Below, in pieces: positions 36,225 to 48,809 of a stretch of DNA of 48,932 nt. The first letter of the stretch is position 1. Every line of letters begins with the position of its first letter. Under the pieces are notes generated by a model that was not told the origin of the DNA, made no database searches, and was given only the letters and a program-made list of their open reading frames with translations. The stretch is from Octopus bimaculoides (taxonomy: Eukaryota): positions 150,145,105 through 150,194,036 of the forward strand of contig NC_068981.1 of NCBI RefSeq assembly GCF_001194135.2, read 5' to 3'. The position numbers were made by a program, and so were the translations under genes.

Positions 36225-36537
36225 GAGTCGTCTTCGTTATTATCAATTTTCTTCGTCATAATTAACCATTAACACATCCTTTTTGATCATCATGTTTATT
36301 TCCCTCATCACCATCACCATCACCACCATCATGATCATCGTCACGAACCTCCTCATCTTCATCATCATTATCATCATCGTCGTCGTCGTCGTCGGTTCCA
36401 TAAATGTCATCAGCTGCTGCTACAAACGCAATCACCGACAACAACAGCTGCACCGTCGCTTCCGTCGTCACCGCCCCGACAGATCCCACCACCACCACCA
36501 CCACCACCGTACACATCATCATCATCATCATCATCAN
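34780..36537. repeat. Extended degenerate trinucleotide low-complexity field: (ACC/ACT/ATC)n with an embedded (GAT)n block at about 35912-36133
   Basis: Directly visible. It produces poly-T/H/D/M ORFs in all frames. Confidence 0.95.
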
Positions 36538-37001
36538 NNNNNNNNNNNNNNNNNNNNNNNNNNNNNNNNNNNNNNNNNNNNNNNNNNNNNNNNNNNNNNN
36601 NNNNNNNNNNNNNNNNNNNNNNNNNNNNNNNNNNNNNNNNNNNNNNNNNNNNNNNNNNNNNNNNNNNNNNNNNNNNNNNNNNNNNNNNNNNNNNNNNNNN
36701 NNNNNNNNNNNNNNNNNNNNNNNNNNNNNNNNNNNNNNNNNNNNNNNNNNNNNNNNNNNNNNNNNNNNNNNNNNNNNNNNNNNNNNNNNNNNNNNNNNNN
36801 NNNNNNNNNNNNNNNNNNNNNNNNNNNNNNNNNNNNNNNNNNNNNNNNNNNNNNNNNNNNNNNNNNNNNNNNNNNNNNNNNNNNNNNNNNNNNNNNNNNN
36901 NNNNNNNNNNNNNNNNNNNNNNNNNNNNNNNNNNNNNNNNNNNNNNNNNNNNNNNNNNNNNNNNNNNNNNNNNNNNNNNNNNNNNNNNNNNNNNNNNNNN
37001 N

Positions 37002-37104
37002 CAAACAAAGACAGACAAACGGATTAAGTCGTTTATATCGACTCCAGTGCGTAACTGGTACTTATTTAATCGACCCTGAAAGGATGAAAGGCAAAGTCGA
37101 CCTC
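37002..37104 (-). mobile_element. SINE family A fragment
   Basis: GACAGACAAACGGATTAAG..ATATCGAC.CCAGTGCGTAACTGGTACTTATTTAATCGACCC.GAAAGGATG.AAGGCAAAGTCGACCTC, near-identical to 32428-32530. Confidence 0.9.
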
Positions 37105-37136
<32 letters not shown>

Positions 37137-37804
37137 GAGAGAGAGGGATACGTATGAATATCAACATCTTCATTTTATATATCTATATCTATATATAACT
37201 ATATTTATACGTTGGATATATGTATACCTATGAGTGCATGTGTGCATAGATACACATATGTTATGCAATGTGTCAATACTTCTTTAAAACGTTCAAATGT
37301 GATGTGAGTAAGATTGTGTTACTATTTGTTTGTTGTACGTTGAGCTCCCCTTCTTGCCTGTTTATCTTAGTGTTGTTGCTGTTACATTACTCCAGGTTGA
37401 CTCTGAATGCGTAGATTCAAGTTCAAAGATATTTTAGACGTGACCTTCCTGTATTAAAGCATGTTTGTGTAACTTTGTAGTAAACAATCCAATGTATTTG
37501 TTCTTTTACCCAACGGTGGTTCGATATAATTTGATGGAATTTTGGCCGCAATTTCTTACTGGCTGAGAATCACATACAAGCTCAGTCGTTGGTATATTTT
37601 CACATATATTCTTGCTTTGTAGGCCTTAGTCAACCCAATTCTGATATCCGATAACAGGTAGACAAGTATTACTGTGTAGTTTTGGATCAACTATGATTGT
37701 AATACTATGGTGAGTGAGCAGTTAAGAGTGTGACGCGGTGTGACGCGGTGTGACCCAGAGTTATAAAATCTTTCCGTCTATAATGAGGACCATATGAAGC
37801 GGTA

Positions 37805-38020
37805 AGAGAGCAAAATCGTCAGCTTTCTGGACAAAATACTTAGCGACATTTTGTCCGTATAGACTCTATACGATCTGATCTCAAATTATGCGCTGTATAT
37901 TTTGCCTTTATCCTTTCAGGATCGATGAAATAACAACCAGTCAAGTATTGGATCGATGTAATCGACTTACTCCTTCCCCTTAAAAACTGTTGCCCCGTAC
38001 CAAATTTTGAAACCACTATG
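37805..38020 (+). mobile_element. SINE family A, decayed copy
   Basis: GGACAAAATACTTAGCGACATTTTGTCCG..TTTGCCTTTATCCTTTCAGGATCGATG..GATCGATGTAATCGACTTAC..CCAAATTTTGAAACC. Confidence 0.75.
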
Positions 38021-38044
38021 AGGACCAGAATAGCACGCTCCGAC

Positions 38045-38440
38045 AAGATCTGAAAAATTGCATGGCCATTTTGGACTCTCTGGACAAGTTTTGCATCTTA
38101 CGTTTGTACATCATCAGAGTTGAGCAAGATGGACGTGTCGTTCCTTTGCACTTATTATACCTGATATGTATCCTCATCGCAATGTTTGGGGGACAATAAT
38201 ACTATTGCCGATGCAGTTATTTCTGTGTATATAAATGTCACTTATGTTTGCCCGGGTTGAATGATTGGAACAGGTGTTTTTAAGATGGTATACTAGCGCT
38301 CTACAGAGTTCTATATGATTTCGGTTGTTTGGAAGTCATTTTCCCATGTAGATGAGACTGCGGTTATGAGAGTTGTAGCTTGCCGCAGCGCATGTTTCAT
38401 TGTATAGTTAGCCTATGGGTATTTGTATGACATTCTTTTG
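38045..38440 (-). mobile_element. Possible decayed Penelope-like retroelement fragment
   Basis: One minus frame gives ..IYIHRNNCIGNSIIVPQTLR*..CTNVRCKTCPE, loosely like the RT-thumb SI..SQ.LR and C..RC..C linker of Penelope-like elements. Several stops. Confidence 0.3.
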
Positions 38441-38444
38441 CACT

Positions 38445-38647
38445 CTAGAAAAAAGGCCCGAAATTTTGGGGGAGGGGACCTCTTGATTACATCGACCCCA
38501 GTGCGTAACTAGTTCTTAATTTATCGACCCCGAAATGATGAAAGGCAAAGTCGACCTCGGCGGAATTTGAACTCAGAACGTAAAAGCAGACGAAATACCG
38601 CTAAACATTTCGCCCGACATGCTAACGTTTTTGCCAGCTTGCTGCCT
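38445..38647 (-). mobile_element. SINE family A, near full-length
   Basis: ATCGACCCCAGTGCGTAACT..GGCAAAGTCGACCTCGGCGGAATTTGAACTCAGAACGT..GACGAAATACCGCTAA..TTTCGCCCG..GCCAGCTTGCTGCC. Confidence 0.9.
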
Positions 38648-39444
38648 TTTTTGCATAACTTATTATGATATGAATGGCATTGTTACGTATACGTGTTCTT
38701 TGCACTTTATTAGGATTTCTTTAGAAAGATTGTGACCACAGGTAGGACGAGCATAGAGCCTATGATGGATCTCTTTTATCGTTTACGCACGATGCTTGTT
38801 AGCCGAAATTAGTACCGGTGGCTGTCTTTGATCATTCGTTTTGATTTGTTTTCTTTGCCATGTGTGCTCAGTGCTTTGAGTAAAGTTCCTTATAATCTTT
38901 TGGTGTGGGTGCAAGCAGGTTAAAAAGAGTGGCTGATAGGGAGGGTCCCTATTGTATTATTTCCAAAATGTTGCTGTTAGGTACTAAATAAAACAAATGC
39001 TGAAAAAGTAGCTTGCGAGCCAACGTCTTATATTTCTTAAGATGGTGCCAAGCATTTTTAAATGATTACGATAGTTGAAATAAGTGCGGGACTTTTTACT
39101 TCTTTCTCTATACTATCATATATTTACAATGTGAAATTTGTGAGCAGCGTGATTGTCATGTGCAGCAGAGTTGTGCTTTGGAGAATAGAATACGTAGGTT
39201 GGTATTTTCTAACTGTTCTAGAACTGGCTTTTTTGTTCGACATTAGATCTGTTTTAATTCAGCTCAGATTCTGGGTAGTTATTATGTAAGTTAAATGACG
39301 ATGTAATAGTGACAAAGACGGTTAAGAGGTCCGAGTTGTTAGTTCGTCGAATGCTTTGTGTTATTTGTTCCGGCTCTATACACACTGAGTTTGAATACTA
39401 CCGAGGTTAACCTTGTCTATCAACCTTTAGTGGTCGATATATAA

Positions 39445-39835
39445 AATACCCATCCAAGGCAATAGATTGCTGGAATTATTAAAGCGCCAGACAAGATCTC
39501 ATGCAGCATCTATTTTGGCTTTTAGCATTACGTATGTAACATCATCGATGTCACTGCCAAGTTCTAACGTTGCATCTGCAAGGACCCTGGCATCCATGAC
39601 CAACTGCTGGTCTTATCCCAAAACATTCTTGTCCAGGCCTTCGCCTTGGTGAAGTTTCAAGGTGCATATCTACGGCTTTACGATATATTGGAGGATGCTG
39701 GATATTGAGACACTACATATTGAGACACTACATATTGAGACACTACATATTGAGACACTACATATTGAGACACTACATATTGAGACACTACATATTGAGA
39801 CACGGGGCATCGTATGATCGTTGTTATTCATGCTT
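39445..39835 (-). mobile_element. Possible LINE APE-endonuclease remnant
   Basis: Minus frame LDKNVLG*DQQLVMDARVLADATLELGSDI resembles the APE C-terminal D.I....V.D.RV....GSDH motif. Interrupted by the 15-bp repeat. Confidence 0.4.
39702..39803 (+). repeat. Perfect 15-bp minisatellite (ATATTGAGACACTAC) x 6.8
   Basis: Six exact copies plus a 12-bp partial copy, with no spacers. Confidence 0.98.
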
Positions 39836-40714
39836 CTGACGACATTTATTACCCTATAAANNNNNNNNNNNNNNNNNNNNNNNNNNNNNNNNNNNNNNNN
39901 NNNNNNNNNNNNNNNNNNNNNNNNNNNNNNNNNNNNNNNNNNNNNNNNNNNNNNNNNNNNNNNNNNNNNNNNNNNNNNNTATATATATATATATATATAT
40001 ATATTGTTTTGTAATTGTTCGGTTTCGAGTTTTATTTCGGTTGTGTTTGGTTTTGAAGAATTGTGTTTAATTTTGGTTTTTAAGAGATTGTTTAGTTTAA
40101 AGAGGCTGGCTATTGTTTGTATTTAATAGGAGTCAAGTATTTTATGTTGTCTTTTGGGTTACCTAATATATTGCTTTGTTTAATGTACGTACTACTGTGT
40201 CTAGGTTGGTGATTGTGCTTGAAAATAAAATTCTTTGATCCTGACTTGATGAAATCGTTGTTTCTTGAAATTATTATTTTTGTTAACTTTGTACAAATAT
40301 TTTCCTTTCTTCATTGATGTGTAAGTGCTTTGTAATAACAATTTTATATTGTTTAGAAAAGATTCGGGAAATCTTTGCCAATTGGCTGTTCTAGCAAAGT
40401 TTCTGTAACAAGCGATGATATCTGGCGAAGTGTTATAGTTGTCTTGATGAAGCATATATGTTGGTGTGGAAGGGATGAGTTGTAATAGAAGCTTAGCTAT
40501 GGTGCTACTGTGTTACATCTTATGTTAACAATACGATGTGGGCGCCTGTGGTTGTAAGGGTAGAGACGATGAGGAATTCATAAGCTCTTCTTTTTACCAT
40601 CATTGTAATATAATTATATATGATTACCTTAGTTGTTACGATGGCTAACAACAACAGGGGTTACCCAAGCAACAAGCCAAGAGAAAGAAAGAGAAAGAGA
40701 AAGAGAGAGAGAGA

Positions 40715-42250
40715 GCGAGCGAGCCAGAGACATTCAGCTTAGTCCCTCCGCCTGTTAGAAATGGCAGCAAATTTTCTTCCATATCACACCTCACCATCTT
40801 AAAAACGGGGAAGACACTTTAGTATTGTTGAAACTGAAAGGAAAACATTGAGTGATTTTGGCTGAAACGCCTTTAATCATATGTCTACTCGATCAGTTCT
40901 TGCCTGGGGTTGAACAACAACCACTACTAACAAAATGTAGAACTGTAGAGATTATTCTTTCACAGGTAGTTGTTGCTGTTGTCGGTGCAATTCTTGTTCA
41001 TCTTTTTATTATTGTTGTTTAGTTCCAGATCGACCCTAACCAAGCAGACCTATCATCAAATCCCTAGGATATACTGTTTTTCGAAGTGTATCTAAAAATG
41101 AATCTGCTAATGAATCCTTCCAGTTTTGTAAGATTCTGAGATACGATTTCAGTAAGATTTGGCAGCTAAATTTAACGAGTCAAGCGACTGTATATAGTCT
41201 TTCTCGTTGGCTCCTTTTGTGTTCTCGTAATTTGTGTTGTAGATGTTTATTTTCTTTTCGTTCTTGATTCTATTAAAGTCATTTTTTAAGAATGTTGTCA
41301 TTGTCAGTATCTTTATTATCTAGTTCTTGTTATTTCTATTGTTGTTGTTGTTCTTCTTCTTCTTCTTGTGGTTAGTTTTATTATTCTTGTCATTGTCATT
41401 AGAGTCACTTATGCTTGATGTTTGTCGTGTAGATGATGTTTAAACCAGTGCAGCCTTTCTAATTAAAAGCATGTCAGCCATGTTCATCCTGCCTTTATTC
41501 AGACATTACGTACTTCATTGTATAGCGGAGAAAGACATGATTTGGGGAAGTATTTGTTTGCTATTTTTAGCACATCAAATGGATGTCAGATTTGTTTTGC
41601 AACCTTGTCTCGCGTTAACGATTACACTTGGATTTTGCTCATGTCACAGTTACTAATACTTCAGACCTTGTCGCAAAAGCTGCAGTTTCTTTTACTAATG
41701 ATATCAACACGGTCGTTATTGCTGTTGTCATCGATGATATCCTTGTTGCCATCGTTGCTATTGTTGATGACAAACATATGGATGCTGTCAACACTGTTGG
41801 TATTGTTGTCATGTAACAATCATTACTACCATCACTGCTGAAGCTATTGTCAGTGTTGCTAATGCTATCATTACCGACATTAAATCATTGCTATTGCTGT
41901 CAGTAGTAATGCGATAGTTGCTCTCATTTTTACTACAGGTTTTATCGCTCATTCATTCATCGCAGTTAATTTCATAAGAACTTACTGTTTATTGCGATAG
42001 TTGCTGTAGTTCTTCACATCATTATCGTTATAGTTTGTGTCGTTGACATTTCCTCAAAGATCCGACTCATATCAACTGTCTTTGACCAAGGAGAACTTTG
42101 GTGGAACAAACCGTGTTCACCATCGGTCGTTTTTTGGAGTGGGGTAGGTATGGCATAGGACTACATTACGCAGCATCTTTAGATTTCTCATTTTAAAGCG
42201 GTTGGATCTGATTTGAATGATATTCAGCCACAATTGTTAGTAGAGTAAGC
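40715..42250. mobile_element. Cluster of SINE-like family B fragments (about 40715-40925 minus; 41020-41215, 41430-41590 and 42160-42250 plus)
   Basis: Shared motif GATTTGGC(A/T)GCTA..T.TA.C..GTC.AGCGAC....AG..T..CTCGTTGGCTC, or its reverse complement GAGCCA.AGA..AGC..CCTG.TAGAAAT.GCAGC.AA. Confidence 0.5.
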
Positions 42251-42510
42251 AACCAAATAGAGAATCTCTGAATTGTTCTCATTACTACAGTCGTTGCTTC
42301 TGGTAGTATTATTTCTTATTATCATTTCCAAGCCTGTACTTTATGTCATAGTTGATGCTGTTGTTATCATGTTCGTGTTTTTGCTTTTGATATTGTTATT
42401 CTTTTTGTTGTTAGAATTGTTCATTCCGAGTAGACTATAGTATGCAGTTAATCAAACGTTCTTCGTTCACCCAACAATATAGCCGTAACTTTCCCATATT
42501 TTGTTAATTT

Positions 42511-45500
42511 CACTGTGCAACAAATTTCAGGTTAAAAAAAAGTACAAGTTAAGTAAGACTTGTTTCTGGGTCAAAAAATTGTCCTGATTCTGATTCTGAC
42601 CTTTATTTCCCCAGATTAGGCGCCGTTTTCCTGTACCATGAACCATATGCTTTATAATATACTGCATAATATTGCGTATCGAACACAACATTGCAAATAC
42701 TGAAAGTTACGAAAAAACAAAACACAAATTTAGCTGGTATGACAAAACATATATTGGTTATGAATTAAAAATACACCTGTCAGTTTTAACAACTTTTGTC
42801 CTTCTAAGCCTCTTGTGCGGAATGTGATCATTTTTTATACTCCAGCAGTAGTCTGCCAACATGCCAGAGTTCCATTTTCCTTTGAATCGTTGCTCCATCA
42901 CTGAAATATCCTGATACAATCTTTCGCCATGTTCATCACTCCCATCACCAAGATTTTCCGCAAAAAAATCCAAATGAGAGTGAAGCACATAAACTTTTAG
43001 AGACGTGTTACATCCCATATCATGATAATGACTCAGCAGATCATTCACAACTTGTACATAGTCTTCTGAACAATGGTTACCCAGGAAGTTATCGCAAACT
43101 TTCCTGAATGATTTCAAGGCAAGCTTCTCTTTTCTCTTGAGATGTGTGATGAAGGTTCCAATAAGTACAATTTTTCCAGTTTGAGGAAAAAATCTTCTTT
43201 AATTTTAGCTTGACTCCTGGAAGGGAACTTTTCTGCAAGATATGCAAATACAGAGGGTTCCTTGTCCAAGGCTATCACAAATTGCTTAACTAAACCAAGT
43301 TTAATATGCAAAGGTGGTAAAAAAATTCTATCACTTTTCACAAGTGTACATGATGATATGTTTTCCTTGCTCAATTTCATCTCGGATCGGCCAATCCTTG
43401 CGTACATAATGTTCAGCTCTTGCTCTGGAATTCCATAAGCACAGGAAGCAGCAAAAATTAGTATAGCCAAGCTGAAGGCCAGAAAGCATGGCCACAACCT
43501 TAAAATATGCGCAAATATGCCAGGTATGGTCATCATACTGCAGGCTTGTTAGAATTGCTTTTAGATTTTCATATGATTCTTTCATAGTTGTGCTATAAGC
43601 TATGGGAACAGAAGGCATAGTGTTACCATTGTGTAGCAGAACAGCTTAGATGCTGTCCTTGGATGCATCGATGAAAAGTCGCCATTTGGTTTTATCATAT
43701 AGTATTTCCAGTTGCTCAAAAAGTTCAGTGATGTCATTGCAAAAGCATAAGTCATCCTTCATGGTGAATAATGCAAGCAGATCCACTGTACGTTTTCTGT
43801 ACAGTGTTATCTTCTCTCCTTTCTCAAGAAGATTACGTTCTTGAAGCCTTTATGCCAGAAACTCACTTTTCTCTTTGGTTAAATAGAGATCCCATTTAGA
43901 GCCTCTTGAGAAAACGGTATTGGTTTTATCTCGCTCTCTGGATCATTGAGTGCCACACATTCACCACCGGAATGTTCAGCAGCACTGCTGGAACTCTGTA
44001 CTTCTTGATCTGGAGGTTTGGGCACAGGTAAAATTTTCTGAGTGTTCAACTGGGCGCATTGCTGATTGCAAATTTGGGTAAACAATGTGTTTCTTTTTCT
44101 TTGCTGTAGTACAGCCTGTAAAGCCATGGTGACAGAAATGGCAATCATTAGAGTGATCTTTCTGCTCACGCGACATCATTGACACACTAAACTTCATGCG
44201 AACATTTTTTCCTGCATACCAGGCACTCAATGTCTTCACACATGTAAGGCAACACACATGAGGAGCCCATGACTTATCCTGGCCTCCTAAGTAGCAATCG
44301 AAGTACTCCTTGTATATTTCCTTGATATGGCGTGTAATACTGCGCTTTTCTTTAGCAAAAGTCAATTCTCCACATTTTTGCACTGTCTTGCACTGATTGT
44401 TGAAAACAAATAAGATCTGAAATATAAAAAATAACATTAGACACGAGCTTTGAAGTATAAAGTATTTAGTGATAAACTCAATTAAATATAAGCACACAGT
44501 AATAAACCAGAAAATATGATTTTAAATGGAGCATCTCAAATTCCATTTTGCATGAGAATCAGGGATTTTTCAAACTCAAACAAATGACAAATCAGTGAGA
44601 CAATGTAAGCCGTATACACAAACAAACTTCTTGGCTAACACTCGTAAAATATCTTTGGCTTTCTTGTTGCTATTCCAATATTACGTTCTTTGAGTTACAT
44701 AGTTTTTGTCTCTGACACTTCTTATGAGCTAAGAAAACCAATAACAAAATAAAACAAGAAATAAGTATAAGCTGACGACATCTTACACTCGTCAAATTCA
44801 CGAACAACAAAATCAGCTGTTAAGCCCATGGCTGGGTGGACGGCATCAGCGGATTTGTCATAGGCTTTCTATTTCAATATTACATTCTTGGACTTTCATA
44901 ACAAAACCAATGTCAAATATGAAACCAGAAATAACTATATACCGACGATATGATACACTCACTGACGAACAAATAAAATTCTCAGCATGACACTTCGATA
45001 TAAAACGACAACCTTTCACAACATTCTTGAAACACCAGGATAGGCTTGCACTTTATGTCTTCTTTTACGTCATTTTTAGCGAAATATTACGTACTTCCAC
45101 CACTTGGATCATGTCTCTGACATTTTATACACACTGTCTTATTATTTTTATATATAAAAAATCATTTTATTCTAGAAAATACAAGAAAATATCGGGATCC
45201 TACCTTCCGTCCGTGACAATCACACTTGTTTTTTGTTTACTGAATGTAATCTCCAATTTGTAGAAAATGTGTATTGTTCTTCATAGAAAATGGAATACTT
45301 GAAGTCTCTTAACCGTAACTGTGCAATTTATCATATCACAATGTAGGTGTTACAAAGATTGATCTCTAGCCCTGTGTTGAAACCCATTTTACAATGCGGT
45401 AGAGAATTTTATTTAATAATAATGACAAAAAGGGTATACAGTGATAATTCTGTAGAAACCATGCCTAATTCAACAAAAAGAAAGCCAGAAATGGATTTCC

Positions 45501-45563
45501 CATGTCATTTTGCATATAAAAACGGCCACAGATCTCTTGTACTTTTTTGAGTGTTGCACAGTG
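42511..45563 (-). mobile_element. Full-length Chapaev3-like (CMC superfamily) DNA transposon, 3053 bp
   Basis: TIRs CACTGTGCAACA (42511-22) and TGTTGCACAGTG (45552-63), plus a subterminal AAAAAAGTACAAG match at both ends. TTT on both flanks (42508-10, 45564-66) gives a 3-bp TSD. Encloses a transposase pseudogene. Superfamily assignment comes from recalled motifs, CAC termini and the 3-bp TSD. Confidence 0.85.
42758..44400 (-). pseudogene. DDE transposase (Chapaev3-like) with stops and frameshifts
   Basis: Colinear motifs over several frames: CGELTF, QDKSWAPHVCCLTC, REQKDHSNDCHFC, WRLFIDAS..AVLLHNGN, GYTNFCCFLCLWNSR, LPPLHIKLGLVKQFV, HSHLDFF..NLG..SDEHGER, W...MLADYCW. Confidence 0.92.
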
Positions 45564-47276
45564 TTTCCAGACATAATGCATCTTGTCTATTATAATTCAT
45601 GGCGTTCTTTCTCTTTTTTTTTTCTTGTAGTGATAAGGACTAAATTTAAGGAACCTTTGGTAGTTTTTTAGAAGTTGAATTGAGTACGTATACGATTGAC
45701 GGTCATAATTGCTGTTCTAATTTCTGTAGGAATTTATAGAGCGTCTCTTTGATGCCGTCATTGCTACAGCTATTAGATACAGCTATAAGTTGAGCAGCCA
45801 TGTTAGGTTGTTACGTCTCTAAAGTATATTTTATCGAAGCTCGTGTTGGGTATTAGGATACAATAAGGATGTTATTTCAAAAATTATGTTCCACAGGAAG
45901 AATTTAACATCAAGGTTGCGTAGCAGATCTTTGTGGGTCTGAAGGGTAATGCAGGAATAACTACCTGCGAAGCCGCTCCTTAATACTCAGTAGTCATAAA
46001 CCATGTTCTCTTTTATGGATGTGAATTCCCGAGTGCCATACGTATTGTACGGCATATTTTAGTGCAGATTTCTCATATTTCAATCTATGGAAATCTAGTT
46101 TGGCCTATCAATATTCCCTTAAATATATTCCTCTCTTTATCTTTGCTTTCCGGAATTTCTAACTTCCTGATGCTAAACTTGTTTTCCAGCCATCAATGTT
46201 TTTTTTTTCTGAAGAAAGGTCTAATGTTATAAGCTATTTTGAATTTATCCAAGAATTCGATAATTCAGGAATTCGGGACCATATCAGAATCATCTTTATA
46301 ATCAATCCAGGATATAGATAACACTATCTATCTTCTCTCTCAGTTTTACAATTATTTCACCATAAAATTATGAGTTGATATTTTGTTCCCCTGCTTTGTT
46401 TTCGGCAGTTTCAGTTTGATGGTTTTCAAAATTTTGTGGATTTTCTCGTAGATTATATTGGTTAGAAATTTTTACTCTGTTGGAAGACAAGCGTACGTGT
46501 TGTCAATAGTTGGTTACTTCATTTCGTTTCGTTTTGTCTTTCATTATGAGCAGTGTTGTTCCTTTAATTAAACAGGCAGAGGCAGAAATAAAATGATTTC
46601 GTTTCATGAGTAACCTTATTTGCCTAACTTGTTCTCAATCATTCAGTTTTATAAAGATTTCGTGGATTGACGATCTAATTTGCATTGCACTTCTACCACC
46701 AGGTGGGAGACCTTCATATAACGTTCCAGTTTCCTTTTTACTGTCATCTGAATTATTATTCACGTTACTATCCATTTCACTCATATTGGGAGTAAGGCAG
46801 TGTTATGGTGAGGATAAGGTAATGACAGTATTATTTCAGAAAAGGTTGGATTTCGAGGCCAGAGCAATCTTCTTTGGCTTGGATGGGAAGTAGTGGTGCT
46901 GTATATTAACAACTGCAAAGACAGCGCTTTAAGGCGGCTGTTAGTCGTTTATGCTCCAATAGGTTTTCATATCTAAATAGATTGCCTTCATCATGGTTAA
47001 AGGGTAGAGATCTATGCATTTCTCTGTGGACTGACTGCGCACTCGCTCATTATTACTATTTCTTCGTCCTATGCACTATTTCTAGATAGCCGTTGATTAA
47101 CGGTTGGCTCATCAGTCCTTTGACAGGTCTTTATTTCTCATCTTAATGGATTTCTGGAAACATTCCTTAATGAACTTGATATGAGGCTAGGTAAGTCTCT
47201 GATTACAGGACCGACTGACAAATTGCAATTAATTTCATGTTACCAGGAGTACAGATAAGTAAAGTGATATGAGGCA

Positions 47277-47306
47277 TTATTATTATTGTTATTATTATTA
47301 TTATTA

Positions 47307-47347
<41 letters not shown>

Positions 47348-47350
47348 GTT
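47277..47350 (+). repeat. (TTA)n tract, which is the (TAA)n tail/target of the adjacent minus-strand LINE
   Basis: Directly abuts the 3' UTR at 47351. Confidence 0.9.
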
Positions 47351-47897
47351 CAGTAGTTTTATTTTTATAAAGTGCTTTCACTTCACTACCGAGCGCAGCT
47401 CTGTGTGCCTTGGGTATGTGTTGTGGTTTGCTGTGATGCTCTTATGGTTACTGTATTGAAAGTGTTTTGCGTAGGATGTGTGCAGTGCCCAGTAGTGCAA
47501 TTTTCTGTTTGTTATATATATTTGTAAGACCTGGTGTTTTTGTTATGTATTTGTCTGAATATTTTTTTATTATANNNNNNNNNNNNNNNNNNNNNNNNNN
47601 NNNNNNNNNNNNNNNNNNNNNNNNNNNNNNNNNNNNNNNNNNNNNNNNNNNNNNNNNNNNNNNNNNNNNNNNNNNNNNNNNNNNNNNNNGGAAACGTTGT
47701 CATCTGCTGGTATTGATACATCAATTAGAAAGCATTTTTTCCTTCATGATCTTTGACAACTATATCTGGTCTATTGACCTTAATTTCTCTATCTGTGTAT
47801 TGGCATATCCCAGAGTATGGTTGCTTTCTCGTTTTCTGTGACCTTTTCTGGCGTGTGTTTATACCATCTTTTTTCTGTTATTATTCCATAGTGTTGG

Positions 47898-47899
<2 letters not shown>
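47351..47899 (-). mobile_element. 5'-truncated R4/Dong-like retrotransposon, well preserved (gap inside)
   Basis: WYKHTPEKVTENEKATILWDMP..DREIKVNRPDIVVKD...FLIDVSIPADDNV, then after the gap QKIALLGTAHILRKTLSIQ* (stop 47450-48), a 3' UTR of about 100 bp and (TAA)n. Confidence 0.92.
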
Positions 47900-47951
<52 letters not shown>

Positions 47952-47952
<1 letters not shown>

Positions 47953-48770
47953 TGATGAAACTCTCAGATCATTTTGCTGGGTATAATGGAAAATGTTAGC
48001 TGTCGACAACCAGCAGACTAAAGTGTCACTTGTTTACTGATCATGCTTCAAGAACCCTGCAGTTCCGAGCAAAGTAGATTTTTGTTGGTGTTCTATCTTC
48101 ACTTTGTACCAATCTTTTTATACCATGTTAATTGCTGAATGTTGATAATTCCAGGTGCGTCAATTATTACTGATACCACGTCCACTCTTTTCATTACCCA
48201 CAACCTGCGTTTATCCCACTTCAAATCGTCGTAGATGTTCAGTTTTTCTTCTTTCTCTTTGATCCTGTTGTTACCAGGACATGCTATGTCGAATATCATG
48301 CAAGTTTATTCTGTTTTGCATACCACAAGATTGTCAGGTTTCCCATGTCTGATCTGACTGTCACACTGAAACATTGCATCCCACATGATTTTTTTAATCT
48401 TCATTCCCGGTAGCTCCCTTTGGGAGTTGGTCACACCTCGTCTTTGTTCTTTGTAGGCCGTGATTTCCACAGAGCTCCCAATGGGTCATTCTTGCCACAT
48501 TGTCATGCTGTCTTTGTAATCACGTTTTGCCAGTTTCGGGCATTCGCTAACAGTGTGCCATACCTTTTCACCCTTCTTACTGCACATTCTGCATTTGTTA
48601 ATCTCAGTTGTGTTGTTAATTCTGCACTTCACAAAGTTCGTCCTTAATGTTTGTTCCTGTGCAACCCATATAAGTGCTTTTGTCTCTGTCTTCAGATCAC
48701 TCTTCCGCATATATAACCAGCGGTCTTTGGTATCTGTCTTGGCGTTCGTATCTCTTGCAAACTAACCTTA
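47952..48770 (-). mobile_element. 5'-truncated R4/Dong-like retrotransposon, different subfamily
   Basis: ETKALIWVAQEQTLRTN..KCRMC....EKVWHTVSEC (CCHC knuckle), RHDNVA, KPDNL..IFDIACPGNNRIKEKEEK..YDDL (RLE), LLGTA. The 3' UTR ends in the (TAA)n at 47900-47951. Confidence 0.92.
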
Positions 48771-48809
48771 AATTATTATTATTATTGTCATTATTATTAT
48801 TATTATTAT

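Noticed and set aside
35641-36265. Poly-Asp/poly-His and mucin-like Thr-rich ORFs
   Set aside because: Homopolymeric peptides appear in all frames and both strands, so this is a trinucleotide repeat artefact.
36160-36537. Duplicated (ACC)n-GTACAC-(ATC)n junction
   Set aside because: The second copy abuts a gap, so it cannot be distinguished from an assembly duplication.
39702-39803. CRISPR-like reading of this array or the 14.2-kb array
   Set aside because: No unique spacers, no cas genes, and eukaryotic context.
47078-47120. Minus-strand CTGATGA followed by a hairpin, as another hammerhead
   Set aside because: GAAA does not directly follow the stem (six extra nt), and no stems I/III are visible.
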